Source: Minisyncoccota bacterium
GTDB taxonomy: Bacteria > Patescibacteriota > Minisyncoccia > Phycocordibacterales > UBA9973
Assembly: GCA_041663005.1 (NCBI GenBank)
Contig: JBAZRK010000001.1
Span: forward strand, 157,360-221,359
Direction: 5' to 3'
Length of the DNA stretch: 64,000 nucleotides
A program made the position numbers and the translations under genes. The notes beneath the pieces are model-generated. The model was not told the DNA's origin. It ran no database searches and saw nothing but the letters and a program-made list of their open reading frames with translations. Shown piece after piece: positions 9,369 through 19,506 of the stretch. Position 1 is the first letter of the stretch, and the number at the start of each line of letters is the position of its first letter.

Positions 9369-10343
9369 ATGAGCATAGACATTGAAGAACTGAAAAAGAA
9401 CCACCAGACCAGCTACTTAGGCCAGGCGCTGGAGAAGCTTGCCCGTGAGGAAGCGGAGGTGAGAGAAATGCTTGCGAGTGACGAGTCACTCCACGAGCTT
9501 GCCGCCAAGGAGTTAAAATTTATCCAAGATGAGAAAGAACGACTCGAGAAACAAGTAGAAGATATTTTAAATAAGGAAAAAGAGGCGGAAGAATTTCCAA
9601 ATGAAATAGTGCTCGAAGTCAGGGCTGGGGCCGGGGGAGATGAGGCCTCGCTTTTCGCCTGGGAGTTGGCGCATATGTATGAGAAATTTGCCGAAGCCGA
9701 GAGCTGGCAGTGGAAGGTGAACTACGAATCCAAGAGTGACTTAAATGGTTACAAAGAAGCGAGCTTTGAAATCAAAGGCAAGGATGTTTATAAGAAAATG
9801 CGATACGAGACTGGCGTGCATCGAGTCCAGAGAATTCCAGCGACAGAAAAAAATGGCCGAGTGCACACGTCTACTGCATCCGTAGCGGTGCTTCCAATTA
9901 GAAAGAAAGTAAATTTCGTAATTAACCCCGCCGACTTCGATATGGAATATTCTCGTTCCGGAGGAAAGGGCGGGCAAAACGTCAACAAGGTTGAAACAGC
10001 TGTACGCATAATCCACAAACCGACTGGGCTCGATGTTCGCTCTACCAACGAACGCAGCCAGCTAGCCAACCGCGAGAAGGCAATGATGATTCTAACAGCC
10101 AAACTTCAGCAGCTGGAAGAAGAAAAAGAGGCCAAGAAATACGGGGCGGAACGCAAGAATCAGATAGGCTCCGGCGATCGTTCCGAGAAAATCCGTACCT
10201 ACAATTACTCTCAAGACCGCGTCACGGACCACCGTATCAAAAAATCCTGGCACAACCTGCCTAAAATTCTCGAAGGCGACATCAGCGACATAATTTCCGA
10301 CATCGAATCCGGCGCAGTAGGGGACGAGGAGGACGAAGAGTAA
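9369..10343 (+). CDS. prfA: Peptide chain release factor 1
   Basis: PAT tripeptide context RVQRIPATEKNGRVHTS (RF1-type) and a GGQ motif. Start moved to MSIDIEEL. Confidence 0.9.
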   Translation: MSIDIEELKKNHQTSYLGQALEKLAREEAEVREMLASDESLHELAAKELKFIQDEKERLEKQVEDILNKEKEAEEFPNEIVLEVRAGAGGDEASLFAWELAHMYEKFAEAESWQWKVNYESKSDLNGYKEASFEIKGKDVYKKMRYETGVHRVQRIPATEKNGRVHTSTASVAVLPIRKKVNFVINPADFDMEYSRSGGKGGQNVNKVETAVRIIHKPTGLDVRSTNERSQLANREKAMMILTAKLQQLEEEKEAKKYGAERKNQIGSGDRSEKIRTYNYSQDRVTDHRIKKSWHNLPKILEGDISDIISDIESGAVGDEEDEE

Positions 10344-10384
10344 TTTTGCCTTGCCTTGTTTCTAGTAGATAGTATAATTAACAT

Positions 10385-10594
10385 ATGAGTAATAAAATAG
10401 ATAAATTATCTAATAATTTTAGCAAAATAACCAAGTCGTTTAAGGGTAAATGGGTGGCATCTTCTGAAGACTACTCCAAAGTAATTGCCAGCGCCAATAC
10501 CTTGAATGAAGTTATTAAAAAGATTGGGAAAGACCAAAATCCAAAGATTTTTAAAGTAGTGCCATTGGACATGGTATATTCTCCTTTTAGTTAG
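10385..10594 (+). CDS. Small hypothetical protein (69 aa), companion of the downstream aspartic protease; resembles small G-K-W-V-A-type DUF proteins
   Basis: AT-rich ORF, 2-nt gap to the next gene. Has a KGKWVA ... NTLNEVIKKI ... VVP pattern. Confidence 0.5.
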   Translation: MSNKIDKLSNNFSKITKSFKGKWVASSEDYSKVIASANTLNEVIKKIGKDQNPKIFKVVPLDMVYSPFS

Positions 10595-10596
10595 CC

Positions 10597-11007
10597 ATGA
10601 AATATAAATATCTAACTGTATTAAACAGCGACCCCAACGGTAAGCATTTTCGTCGCCCTGCCGTAGACGTAGAATTGTTTGGCCCATCACAAAAAATTAG
10701 TACGTTTGCTCTGATTGATTCAGGGGCAGATTATTGTTTGTTTAACATTGAATACGCGCAAGCTATTGGCGTCGATTTAAAAAAATGCAAAAAAGCGGCA
10801 ACTATGGGTGTCGAAGGCGGCTCTAAAGAAATATATTTGACTGAGATAGATATTCAAGTGAAAAATTTAGAAAAAATAAAAGTTCCAGTGGCTTTTATAG
10901 ACAGTAAATCTGTCAACGGGCTTTTGGGGCAGATAGGATTCTTTGATCTTAATAGAATTAAGTTCGAACGAGATCATGATGTTTTTGAAATAAACCCTGT
11001 TAAGTAG
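10597..11007 (+). CDS. Retropepsin-like (clan AA) aspartic protease
   Basis: ALIDSGAD catalytic D-S/T-G motif, flap region, and a GLLGQIGFFDL dimerisation-type C-terminus. 136 aa single-domain. Confidence 0.75.
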   Translation: MKYKYLTVLNSDPNGKHFRRPAVDVELFGPSQKISTFALIDSGADYCLFNIEYAQAIGVDLKKCKKAATMGVEGGSKEIYLTEIDIQVKNLEKIKVPVAFIDSKSVNGLLGQIGFFDLNRIKFERDHDVFEINPVK

Positions 11008-11035
11008 AGTATTTTTATAAGATTACGGTTATTTT

Positions 11036-11058
11036 CCCTTATAAATTAAGGGTTTTTT
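11036..11058 (+). terminator. Rho-independent terminator after the protease gene
   Basis: ccctta-taaat-taaggg stem-loop followed by tttttt. Confidence 0.55.
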
Positions 11059-11060
11059 AC

Positions 11061-11089
11061 TTGCTTTTTTATATAATATGTGCTATAAT
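11061..11089 (+). promoter_or_regulatory. Strong sigma70-like promoter TTGCTT-N17-TATAAT driving the GC-rich mini-cassette
   Basis: -35 at 11061-11066, 17-nt spacer, consensus -10 at 11084-11089. Confidence 0.5.
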
Positions 11090-11223
11090 ACGTAAGTATC
11101 TAATGTTCCTTAAAAAGATGGTTTTGTAGGCGGTATTTTGGATATGAATTTTTGTATCTAATATACCGCTTGCAAAATAAAATAGGCGGAATTAAAAATG
11201 ACCTACGGGTCAAGGAGGTTTCG

Positions 11224-11457
11224 ATGGCACCGGTTAGCCTGGAAGTGGTACTTGCAAGACGCGCAGTGGCGTGGCTCAATAGCCCCGCGGATGCTACAGC
11301 GGCCTACTCCCACATGGTGAGCGCCGCACTCCGGCTCTCGCTCGCCGACAACAACGGAGAGCTGCTGAAAGCTGTCATTGCGTATGACAGCGGCAACACT
11401 ATGGAGACCGAAGCAATCGGCCGCTTCGCCCGCATCGTTCTCAATTCCGCTCAGTGA
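11224..11457 (+). CDS. Hypothetical 77-aa Ala-rich protein encoded in an anomalously GC-rich (~60%) segment
   Basis: Perfect Shine-Dalgarno AAGGAGGT 4 nt before the ATG. GC3 is about 70%, unlike the rest of the window. The upstream extension (11152) and overlapping ORF (11378) in the track look artefactual. Confidence 0.4.
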   Translation: MAPVSLEVVLARRAVAWLNSPADATAAYSHMVSAALRLSLADNNGELLKAVIAYDSGNTMETEAIGRFARIVLNSAQ

Positions 11458-11552
11458 CTATGTCACCTGCGCCGTAACCGCAGCAATCGCGCGGTTGAGT
11501 GTTACGGACTCAACCACGCAGGTTCAGTGCGTAACTGAACAGAGAAACAAAT

Positions 11553-11595
11553 GGACCAGCTTAGCTTCTAGCGAGCCGGTCCGTTTCTATTTTTT
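11553..11595 (+). terminator. Terminator of the GC-rich cassette
   Basis: ggacc...ggtcc hairpin followed by gtttctattttttcc. Confidence 0.45.
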
Positions 11596-11615
11596 CCCAA
11601 CCTTCCTTTTTCAAA

Positions 11616-11643
11616 TTGCTTTCTAGTTTTAATATGGTATAGT
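11616..11643 (+). promoter_or_regulatory. Candidate promoter TTGCTT-N16-TATAGT for the RRM protein gene
   Basis: Hexamers at 11616-11621 and 11638-11643. Confidence 0.3.
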
Positions 11644-11733
11644 TTTCCCGTAGGGTCTCATTTAGCGAAAATGAAGTTTCTACGTTTATAAATATTTTTT
11701 GCCCGATTTTTCTAAAACGGGAGAAGTAAATAG

Positions 11734-12039
11734 ATGGCTACAAAGCTATATGTAGGGGGACTCCCTTACAGCACAACTGAAGATGCTCTCCGCGAGCACT
11801 TCGCACAAGCAGGAGAAGTTACATCTGCTGTGATTATCATGGACAAAATGTCCGGTCGTTCAAAAGGTTTTGGATTCGTAGAAATGGCAAATGACGAAGA
11901 CGCTCAAAAGGCAATCTCTATGTTCAATGACCAAGATTTCGGAGGACGCAAGCTAACGGTTAACGAAGCTCGTCCAATGGAAGCCCGACCTCCTCGAACA
12001 GGCGGAAATGGCGGATACGGAAACCGCAGAGAATACTAA
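11734..12039 (+). CDS. RRM-type glycine-rich RNA-binding protein
   Basis: RNP-2 LYVGGL and RNP-1 KGFGFVEM, with a Gly/Arg-rich tail. Confidence 0.85.
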   Translation: MATKLYVGGLPYSTTEDALREHFAQAGEVTSAVIIMDKMSGRSKGFGFVEMANDEDAQKAISMFNDQDFGGRKLTVNEARPMEARPPRTGGNGGYGNRREY

Positions 12040-12067
12040 ATCTTATTTAGTTTCTAAAAACAAAAAG

Positions 12068-12090
12068 TCGCTCGCAAGGGCGATTTTTTG
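12068..12090 (+). terminator. Rho-independent terminator (GCAA tetraloop hairpin plus T6)
   Basis: tcgctc-gcaa-gggcga followed by tttttt. Confidence 0.55.
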
Positions 12091-12130
12091 TTTGCTCAAA
12101 TATCTTTTATTTGTTATAGTTTTTTCTATT

Positions 12131-12202
12131 GAGCGTGTAGTTCAGTGGTAGAACGCTGTCCTGATAAGACAGAGGTCGAAGGTCCGATTCCTTCCACGCT
12201 CA
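12131..12202 (+). tRNA. tRNA-Ile (anticodon GAT)
   Basis: 7-bp acceptor gagcgtg/cacgctc, D-arm gttc-agtggta-gaac, anticodon loop ctGATaa. T-loop reads TCCGATT (C at position 55, unusual). No encoded CCA. Confidence 0.85.
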
Positions 12203-12216
12203 CACATTTCCCACAT

Positions 12217-12245
12217 TTGCATCCAAAGCATCTTTATCTTATACT
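12217..12245 (+). promoter_or_regulatory. Candidate promoter TTGCAT-N17-TATACT upstream of the ATP synthase operon
   Basis: Hexamers at 12217-12222 and 12240-12245. Followed by the small hairpin aaagcc-ttat-cggcttt plus gttttt (possible attenuator, or the tRNA-Ile terminator). Confidence 0.35.
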
Positions 12246-12273
12246 AGAGTAAAGCCTTATCGGCTTTGTTTTT

Positions 12274-12531
12274 GTGGGAGAGGAAAACTCAAATTTTAAT
12301 AAAGGTCCGTGGTGGAAGCCTGGGGTGCAAATATTCAGCCAGATTTCAACGTGGATTGTATTTCCGATAGTCGGCGCTCTTGTCCTAGGCAAGATGCTCG
12401 ACAAGAAATTCGGGACAGAACCGGTGATTTTCTTGGTGCTTGCGGGGCTCGGGTTCCTCATTACGTCTTATGGAATGGTTAGAGTAGTCAAAGATTATAT
12501 CAAGAAGATAAAAGAAACTGACAAAAAATAA
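12274..12531 (+). CDS. AtpZ/AtpI-family small membrane protein (ATP synthase operon leader gene), GTG start
   Basis: Two predicted TM helices and a position immediately upstream of atpB, as for atpI/atpZ. Confidence 0.5.
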   Translation: MGEENSNFNKGPWWKPGVQIFSQISTWIVFPIVGALVLGKMLDKKFGTEPVIFLVLAGLGFLITSYGMVRVVKDYIKKIKETDKK

Positions 12532-12537
12532 TTATTT

Positions 12538-13485
12538 ATGACCACAGAGGCGGAGACACAGCAAATTTTAAAAGAAATAGGGGCAGAAGCTCAAGAGGCG
12601 GGAGTTGCTGCACACGAAGCGGAAGAAGAGGTTGCGCACGAGGTTACGCTCTTCGCGGAGCCGATATATCATTTTAAAAATTTCGCGATTACGAACGCCC
12701 TTGCCACAAGTTGGGTGGTGGTAGCTATCATAATTCTTCTCTCAGCCGCGCTTCGTAAGTCTCTCAAGGAAGTGCCGGGCAAATTTCAGAACATTTTCGA
12801 AATTGTAACTGAGGGTGCCCTAGGTCTCTGCGACCAGGTTACCAATGACCGCGCGCTCTCGGTGAAAATTTTCCCTATCGCTATATCCGTTTTCTTTTTT
12901 ATACTCATTAACAACTGGCTCGGCATCACTCCGCTAGGCGGATTCGGACTCATTGAGACAGGCGAGCACGGGAAGGCCTTCATTCCGTTTCTTCGGGGCG
13001 GTACAGCAGACATCAACACAACCTTGGCGCTTGCCGTTATGGCGGTTATCGGAGCAAACATCTTCGGCATATTTTCTATTGGCGCTTGGAAAACATTGAA
13101 CAAATATGTTAATCTAAAGGCGCTGGGCGGCATATTTACTGAGATTAAGAAGAATCCTACCGTGATAATAGTTGCCCCGATTACGTTCTTTGTCGGACTT
13201 ATTGAAATAGCCGGTGAGTTTGCAAAGGTGGCCTCGCTTTCCTTCCGTCTCTTCGGAAACATTTTAGCCGGGGAAGTATTGCTCGCTTCTATTGCGGCCT
13301 TGGCTCCTTACGCAGCGCCTATCCCGTTCTTGTTCTTGGAAATTTTGGTAGGTGTGATACAAGCCCTGATCTTTTCAATTCTGCTTGTAGTTTATTTCAC
13401 AATTGGAGCTTCGGACCATGATCATGAAGAAGGTGAGCATGAGCACGAAGTTGTACATAAAGAGTCGATTATTATTAGCAGTTAA
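12538..13485 (+). CDS. atpB: F0F1 ATP synthase subunit a, with His/acidic-rich C-terminal tail
   Basis: Conserved LSFRLFGNILAGEVLL (essential Arg) region. C-terminal extension DHDHEEGEHEHEVVHKE. Confidence 0.9.
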   Translation: MTTEAETQQILKEIGAEAQEAGVAAHEAEEEVAHEVTLFAEPIYHFKNFAITNALATSWVVVAIIILLSAALRKSLKEVPGKFQNIFEIVTEGALGLCDQVTNDRALSVKIFPIAISVFFFILINNWLGITPLGGFGLIETGEHGKAFIPFLRGGTADINTTLALAVMAVIGANIFGIFSIGAWKTLNKYVNLKALGGIFTEIKKNPTVIIVAPITFFVGLIEIAGEFAKVASLSFRLFGNILAGEVLLASIAALAPYAAPIPFLFLEILVGVIQALIFSILLVVYFTIGASDHDHEEGEHEHEVVHKESIIISS

Positions 13486-13728
<243 letters not shown>

Positions 13729-13858
13729 GTGTTTTACGGATCCCGTTAGAGATAAAGTGGTTTATGTTTCTTGCGGGATTACTAAAATACTTAAGTAAGT
13801 ATTTTATTTATTATTTAACCGAGTGACGGAAATCCCTAGATTTCCTATCTCTAACCGG

Positions 13859-14350
13859 ATGGATTCAATAATTTCAACATTTCACATTGATTGGAAAATA
13901 ATCATCGCTCAGGCGATAAACTTCGGCGTAGTGTTCGCGGTTTTGTACATCTTTGCCTTGAAGCCATTGGCGAAACTTATGGAAGAGCGCAGCGGAAAAA
14001 TTGCCAAGGGCATCGACGATGCCAAGACCAACGCAACGCTACTCGCTAAGACGGAAGAAGAGTATAACGACGCTCTGGCTCGCGCGAAAGCGGAAGCCAA
14101 TAAAATTTTCCAAGAGGGCAAAAAGGAAGCCGACGCCAAGCGTATAGAAATGCTAGAAAATGCCAAGACCGAAGTTGCCGGAGTGATAGAGAACGGTAGA
14201 AAAGTTCTTGAAGCCGAAAAAGTTAAAATAGTGGAAGAAGCTAAGAAAGAAATAGTTGACCTCGCTCTCAAAGCTACGGAGAAATTACTCGGAGAAAAGA
14301 TGGGAGACAGCTTTAACGATAAGACGATTAAAGAATTAAATAATTTGTAA
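13859..14350 (+). CDS. atpF: F0F1 ATP synthase subunit b
   Basis: Single N-terminal TM helix then a long charged helix. Operon position. Start chosen at MDSIISTF. Confidence 0.8.
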   Translation: MDSIISTFHIDWKIIIAQAINFGVVFAVLYIFALKPLAKLMEERSGKIAKGIDDAKTNATLLAKTEEEYNDALARAKAEANKIFQEGKKEADAKRIEMLENAKTEVAGVIENGRKVLEAEKVKIVEEAKKEIVDLALKATEKLLGEKMGDSFNDKTIKELNNL

Positions 14351-14356
14351 TAAGTT

Positions 14357-14767
14357 ATGGCAGCCATTTCCAACAACAACATAGCCCTCGCTGTATACGA
14401 AATGCTTAAAGGCAAAAGCGCTAAAGAGCAAGCGGAAGCTGTACCTAAAGTTGTGGAATTCTTAAACAGGAAAAGGTTGCTTTCTAAATCAAAAGATATC
14501 TTGACACGACTAGAAAAGATTTTAAACCAAGCGGAAGGGAAGCTCGAGGTGAGAACTTACAGTGCGGACAAACTCAGCGAATCGCACAAGAAGGAGCTGG
14601 CCCAGGCGCTTTCAAAGAGATACGGAGGCAGAGAAATGATTTTTAAAGAGCAGATTGACGAGAGGTTGTTAGGAGGAGTCAGAATAGAGATTAACGACGA
14701 AGTAATAGACCTAAGTATACGGAACAAGATTAAAAAATTAAAAGAGCATTTAACAAAAAGACAATGA
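14357..14767 (+). CDS. atpH: F0F1 ATP synthase subunit delta (short form)
   Basis: OSCP-like C-terminal [17 protein letters not shown]. Operon position. Confidence 0.75.
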   Translation: MAAISNNNIALAVYEMLKGKSAKEQAEAVPKVVEFLNRKRLLSKSKDILTRLEKILNQAEGKLEVRTYSADKLSESHKKELAQALSKRYGGREMIFKEQIDERLLGGVRIEINDEVIDLSIRNKIKKLKEHLTKRQ

Positions 14768-16263
14768 GCACCAACCACATAGTAGAAAACTTAAAAAGAG
14801 AGATTGAAAATTTTTCCGCACAGGCGAAAGTCGAGAAAGTCGGCAAAGTGGTAGAGCTCTTCGACGGTATTGCGAAAGTTTCCGGTCTTTCGGATATTAA
14901 ATCCTCCGAAATGGTGCTGTTTCCAAACGGTTCTACTGGGGTTGCTCTAAACCTAGAAGAAGATATGGTGGGGGTAATTATCTTTGGAGATTTTGCCAAT
15001 ATTAAGGAGGGTGATGAGGTGAAGGCTACCGGGAGAATTCTTGAAATTCCCGTATCTGACGCTATTCTTGGCCGCGTAGTTAACGCAATCGGTATTCCTA
15101 TCGACGGTAAAGGTGACATGAAAGCTGCGAAGACATATCCGATTGAAAAAGTTGCTCCCGGAGTTGTAACCCGTCTTTCTGTGGACCAGCCAGTTGCAAC
15201 CGGAATTAAAGTTATCGATGCCATCATCCCAATAGGCCGTGGTCAGCGCGAGCTTATCATCGGCGACAGGCAGACAGGTAAGACAGCTATCGCCGTAGAC
15301 ACAATTTTGAACCAGAAAGGTCAAAATATGATTTGCGTTTATGTTTCTATCGGCCAAAAAGATTCGAAGCTTAGGAAGATTGAAGCACGACTAGAAGAAG
15401 GTGGCGCAATGGATTATACGGTCATAGTTTCTGCGGGCGCGTCTGAAGCGGCATCGCTTGCATACATTGCTCCTTACACCGGAGTTTCCATCGCCGAGTA
15501 CTTTATGGACCAAGGAAAGGATGTGCTTATTATTTACGATGATCTTTCCAAGCACGCTGTGGCTTACCGAGAAATTTCTCTCTTGCTCCGACGTCCACCG
15601 GGCCGTGAAGCATATCCGGGAGACGTTTTCTACTTACACTCAAGGTTGCTTGAGCGAGCTTGCCGCAGAAATGAACAATACGGCGGTGGGTCCATCACAG
15701 CTCTGCCTATTATTGAAACGCAGGCCGGCGATATTTCTGCTTACATTCCGACTAACGTCATCTCCATCACCGACGGACAGATTTTCCTCGAAACGGATTT
15801 GTTCTATAAAGGTATCCGTCCTGCGGTAAACGTCGGCTTCTCGGTGTCTCGCGTGGGTTCCAGCGCGCAAATCAAGGCGATGAAGAAAGTTGCTGGTACT
15901 TTGAAACTCGACCTGGCACAATTCCGAGAGCTCGAAGCCTTTTCTCAATTCGGTTCCGATCTCGATGACGCTACCAAGCGACAGCTCGAGCGCGGTAAAC
16001 GAGCAGTGGAAGTCTTAAAGCAACCGCAGTATTCTCCTATGAAAACCGAGCACCAGGTTGTGGTGCTGTACGCTTTGACTAAGGGCTATATGGATGAAGT
16101 ACCGATGGACAAGATTAAAGCCTTTGAGAGCGGACTCGTCGAATACACTGAAAGAAATGCAAAGGTTTTCTTCAGGGAAGTTACGGAGAAAAAAATGTGG
16201 ACAGATAAAGGTGAAGAAGAATTAAAGAAAGCCATCGAAGATTTTAAGAAAAATTTTAGTTAA
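14764..16263 (+). CDS. atpA: F0F1 ATP synthase subunit alpha
   Basis: Walker A GDRQTGKT and alpha-subunit signature regions. Confidence 0.95.
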   Translation: MSTNHIVENLKREIENFSAQAKVEKVGKVVELFDGIAKVSGLSDIKSSEMVLFPNGSTGVALNLEEDMVGVIIFGDFANIKEGDEVKATGRILEIPVSDAILGRVVNAIGIPIDGKGDMKAAKTYPIEKVAPGVVTRLSVDQPVATGIKVIDAIIPIGRGQRELIIGDRQTGKTAIAVDTILNQKGQNMICVYVSIGQKDSKLRKIEARLEEGGAMDYTVIVSAGASEAASLAYIAPYTGVSIAEYFMDQGKDVLIIYDDLSKHAVAYREISLLLRRPPGREAYPGDVFYLHSRLLERACRRNEQYGGGSITALPIIETQAGDISAYIPTNVISITDGQIFLETDLFYKGIRPAVNVGFSVSRVGSSAQIKAMKKVAGTLKLDLAQFRELEAFSQFGSDLDDATKRQLERGKRAVEVLKQPQYSPMKTEHQVVVLYALTKGYMDEVPMDKIKAFESGLVEYTERNAKVFFREVTEKKMWTDKGEEELKKAIEDFKKNFS

Positions 16264-16268
16264 AAATT

Positions 16269-17195
16269 ATGGCCGGTACGAAAGAAATTAAAAGAAGAAT
16301 AAAAAGCATCAAGAACACCAAGAAAATCACAAAAGCGATGGAGCTTGTGGCTGCTTCGAAGATGAAGCGTGCCGTGTCTTCTACACTCGCTTCACGTCTA
16401 TACGCAGAGTATTCTTGGGATATTCTAGCCTCTGTGGCGAAGAACGTTGAGAAGATTCCGCATCCGCTTTTCCTTGAGCGCGAGAAAACACAAGGTGAAA
16501 AGGAAAACGTTTTAGTTATTCTCATAACTTCCAACCGGGGGTTGTGTGGGGCCTATAATGCTCAGATAATTAAAAAGTCCTTGGCACTCCTTAAACTGAA
16601 AGAAGAAAATTTAAATATCGATTTTATTTCTATAGGGAAGAAAGGGGATTTAGCTATGCGAAGAGTCGGACAGAACGTTATTGCAAGCTTCCTTGATCTA
16701 CCGGACAATCTTTCCCTCAGCTCTATTGTTCCCATATCCAAGCTCGCGATGGATGAATATGTAGCGCTTAGGTATGACCGTATTTTAGTTGCTTACACCG
16801 ATTTTATTTCAGCTTTGACTCAGAAGCCAAACATTAAACAAGTCTTGCCCATATCTCGAGAGAGCCTGGAGGAATTTATAGATTCATTAGGTGGAGATAA
16901 GGTGGCTAAGAAAATTAACGACGACAAGAATGAGAAAATTGATTATTTATTAGAAGGGGACTCGAACGCCTTCCTTGGCTCATTGGCCGAGAAGATTACC
17001 AGGATGCAAGTGTATCAAATGATTTTGGAATCAAACGCCTCCGAACAGTCTTCCCGAATGATGGCTATGAAAAATGCGAGTGAGGCTTCAAGCGAAATGA
17101 TTGACGACCTGACGCTCATGTTCAACAAGGCAAGGCAGGCAAATATTACCAGAGAAATATCGGAAATTAGTGCCGGTATGGCGAGTGTAAGCTAA
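16269..17195 (+). CDS. atpG: F0F1 ATP synthase subunit gamma
   Basis: Gamma-subunit N- and C-terminal helices (IKSIKNTKKITKAMELVAASK...). Confidence 0.9.
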   Translation: MAGTKEIKRRIKSIKNTKKITKAMELVAASKMKRAVSSTLASRLYAEYSWDILASVAKNVEKIPHPLFLEREKTQGEKENVLVILITSNRGLCGAYNAQIIKKSLALLKLKEENLNIDFISIGKKGDLAMRRVGQNVIASFLDLPDNLSLSSIVPISKLAMDEYVALRYDRILVAYTDFISALTQKPNIKQVLPISRESLEEFIDSLGGDKVAKKINDDKNEKIDYLLEGDSNAFLGSLAEKITRMQVYQMILESNASEQSSRMMAMKNASEASSEMIDDLTLMFNKARQANITREISEISAGMASVS

Positions 17196-17249
17196 ATTTA
17201 TTATTAAAATTATTAGCGCCGCGCTTTAAAGGAAAATTGCGCGGCATGA

Positions 17250-18638
<1,389 letters not shown>

Positions 18639-18641
18639 AGT

Positions 18642-19088
18642 ATGGCAAAGCAAATTAAATTAAAAATAGTTACTCCAGAGAGATTGGTTTTGGAGGAAAT
18701 GGTGGAACAAGTAAGTATGCCCACTACACTTGGCGAGATTACGGTTCTTCCTGATCATATACCTCTTATCACCGGCCTAGCTTCCGGAGATGTTGTAGCG
18801 GTGGCTCAAGGGGAACACATCCCGATGGCCGTTGTTGGTGGCTTTGTTGAAATTAAGCACAACGGTGATGGCGTTACTGAGGTTGCAGTATTGGCAGATT
18901 TTGCTGAGCACGTTTCTGAAATTTCGGATGAAAAAATCGAGCAAGCAAAGGTTCGCGCCGAAGAATTGAAGAAATTAATGGAAAACAAAGAACACGTGGA
19001 CTTCGAACACTTCGAAGCCGAGCTAGAACGCTCGTTGGCGCGAGTCAAGATTGCTGACAAATGGCGCACTAAAAAGTATAGAAAATAA
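18642..19088 (+). CDS. atpC: F0F1 ATP synthase subunit epsilon
   Basis: Beta-sandwich N-terminus plus helical C-terminus. Operon terminal position. Confidence 0.85.
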   Translation: MAKQIKLKIVTPERLVLEEMVEQVSMPTTLGEITVLPDHIPLITGLASGDVVAVAQGEHIPMAVVGGFVEIKHNGDGVTEVAVLADFAEHVSEISDEKIEQAKVRAEELKKLMENKEHVDFEHFEAELERSLARVKIADKWRTKKYRK

Positions 19089-19116
19089 TTGCTATATTTT
19101 TTCTTTACACTACAAT

Positions 19117-19503
19117 ATGGTTATGCGCGAAGATGCACCTAAAACTGAACGCGATCCATTTACTATAAAGTTCAAGAAAATGGATATATTTATTTCGGGT
19201 ATTTTTACCTTTATAATTTTAAAAGGATACACCCGCGGGACTTCACAGGAACAGACCAAAACAGATGTCCAGCATTTACATAAAGAATGGGTGAAGTTGA
19301 AAAGCTTTTTTAGTTCGGGGCAGATAAACCAACAAGTCGTTGTGGCGGAAGCGCTAAGAATATTCAAGCAGCTTGTGGTAATTTCGCAAATGTGTGGAGC
19401 AACAAAAGAAGAACTTGAACCGAAAAACATTGAATTCTACGACATCCTGGGTAAATTAGATATGAGGTCGATACGAAACGAGAAGCCTATCACCGAACAT
19501 TAA
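19117..19503 (+). CDS. Hypothetical protein (128 aa)
   Basis: Start moved to MVMREDAP to avoid overlap with atpC. One hydrophobic segment. No recognisable motif. Confidence 0.4.
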   Translation: MVMREDAPKTERDPFTIKFKKMDIFISGIFTFIILKGYTRGTSQEQTKTDVQHLHKEWVKLKSFFSSGQINQQVVVAEALRIFKQLVVISQMCGATKEELEPKNIEFYDILGKLDMRSIRNEKPITEH

Positions 19504-19506
19504 TTT

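Noticed and set aside
11152-11626. Two overlapping ORF-track entries (101 aa and 82 aa) across the GC-rich segment; also considered RNase P RNA, tmRNA or SRP RNA
   Set aside because: The upstream extension lacks an RBS, whereas the internal ATG at 11224 has a perfect SD. The second ORF is out of frame and overlaps hairpins. No GGAAAGUCC (RNase P P4), no tRNA-like GGUUCGAAUCC 3' end or tag ORF (tmRNA), no SRP domain IV motif. The 77-aa CDS call is kept, with low confidence.
14953-15357. 134-aa minus-strand ORF (and similar antisense ORFs inside atpA, atpD, topA, priA, purA etc.)
   Set aside because: They are embedded in well-supported conserved genes on the opposite strand and have no motifs.
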